Below, in pieces: positions 63,670 to 64,000 of a stretch of 64,000 nucleotides of DNA. Every line of letters starts with the position of its first letter. The stretch's first letter is position 1. The notes under the pieces are model-generated. The model was given only the letters and a program-made list of their open reading frames with translations, was not told the origin of the DNA and ran no database searches. The DNA lies in contig OY970343.1 in assembly GCA_963717525.1 (NCBI GenBank), positions 1,632,001-1,696,000 of the forward strand, given 5' to 3'. A program made the translations under genes and the position numbers. Source of the DNA: an uncultured Methanoregulaceae archaeon (lineage in GTDB: Archaea; Halobacteriota; Methanomicrobia; Methanomicrobiales; Methanospirillaceae).

Positions 63670-64000
63670 TTACCCTTCATTTTTATCTGTTTGATCATTC
63701 TTTTTTCGGAGAAATCCCACAACAATGGATCCAACAATAAGAATTGAGATCCCGAGAATAGCCAAAGTGATATAATTGAAGTGCTCCTGAACGATTGGCA
63801 GGCTTCCAACGAAATATCCGGCGAGTATGAAAGTACAACTCCACAGGACGGCGCCTACGATGTTATAGGTAATGAACCATCGGTAGTTCATCCTGCCGAC
63901 ACCGGCAAGGAACGGTGCAACGGTCCGGATATAGGGAATAAACCGTGCGATAATAATGGTAAGACCGCCATACCGGGAAAAATATTCCTCAGTTTTCTCC
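63670..64000 (-). CDS. DedA/VTT-family membrane protein (5' end outside window)
   Basis: YGGLTIIIARFIPYIRTVAPFLAGVGRMNYRWFITYNIVGA. Confidence 0.88.
   Translation of the reverse strand, partial: EKTEEYFSRYGGLTIIIARFIPYIRTVAPFLAGVGRMNYRWFITYNIVGAVLWSCTFILAGYFVGSLPIVQEHFNYITLAILGISILIVGSIVVGFLRKKNDQTDKNEG

Overview
This 64-kb window is archaeal chromosome, most likely a Methanomicrobiales (Methanoregula-like) methanogen. That assignment is inferred from a PGF-pre-PGF/archaeosortase-type surface protein, REC-PAS-kinase architectures and GGTGA/GGAG RBS motifs. No rRNA, tRNA, CRISPR array, integrase or transposase was recognised. The left half (1-36 kb) holds signal-transduction genes, two cyclophilins, an aminotransferase, secreted and lipoproteins, a ~7.5-kb IPT/TIG-repeat surface-protein gene and a membrane-anchored Schlafen/AlbA_2 gene. 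The region ~36-58 kb is an accessory/defence hotspot. It contains MNT-HEPN, HicAB, RelBE and decayed toxin-antitoxin modules, an orphan pair of contractile-tail-tube genes, AbrB plus a tandem GIY-YIG nuclease, a SauUSI-like PLD-helicase-DUF3427 gene, PIN-GNAT-EVE plus ASCH, and unknown operons behind long hairpin leaders. A non-coding repeat family punctuates this region. Short ~55-75 bp copies ending in GGTT(A/G) sit at gene-block junctions. A longer ~400-bp form lies upstream of both AT-rich PLD-nuclease genes, 48.7 kb apart. This may be an undescribed cassette-capture or recombination system. Many genes carry single-base frameshifts, probably long-read errors. All product calls come from motif recognition by eye, not from database searches.
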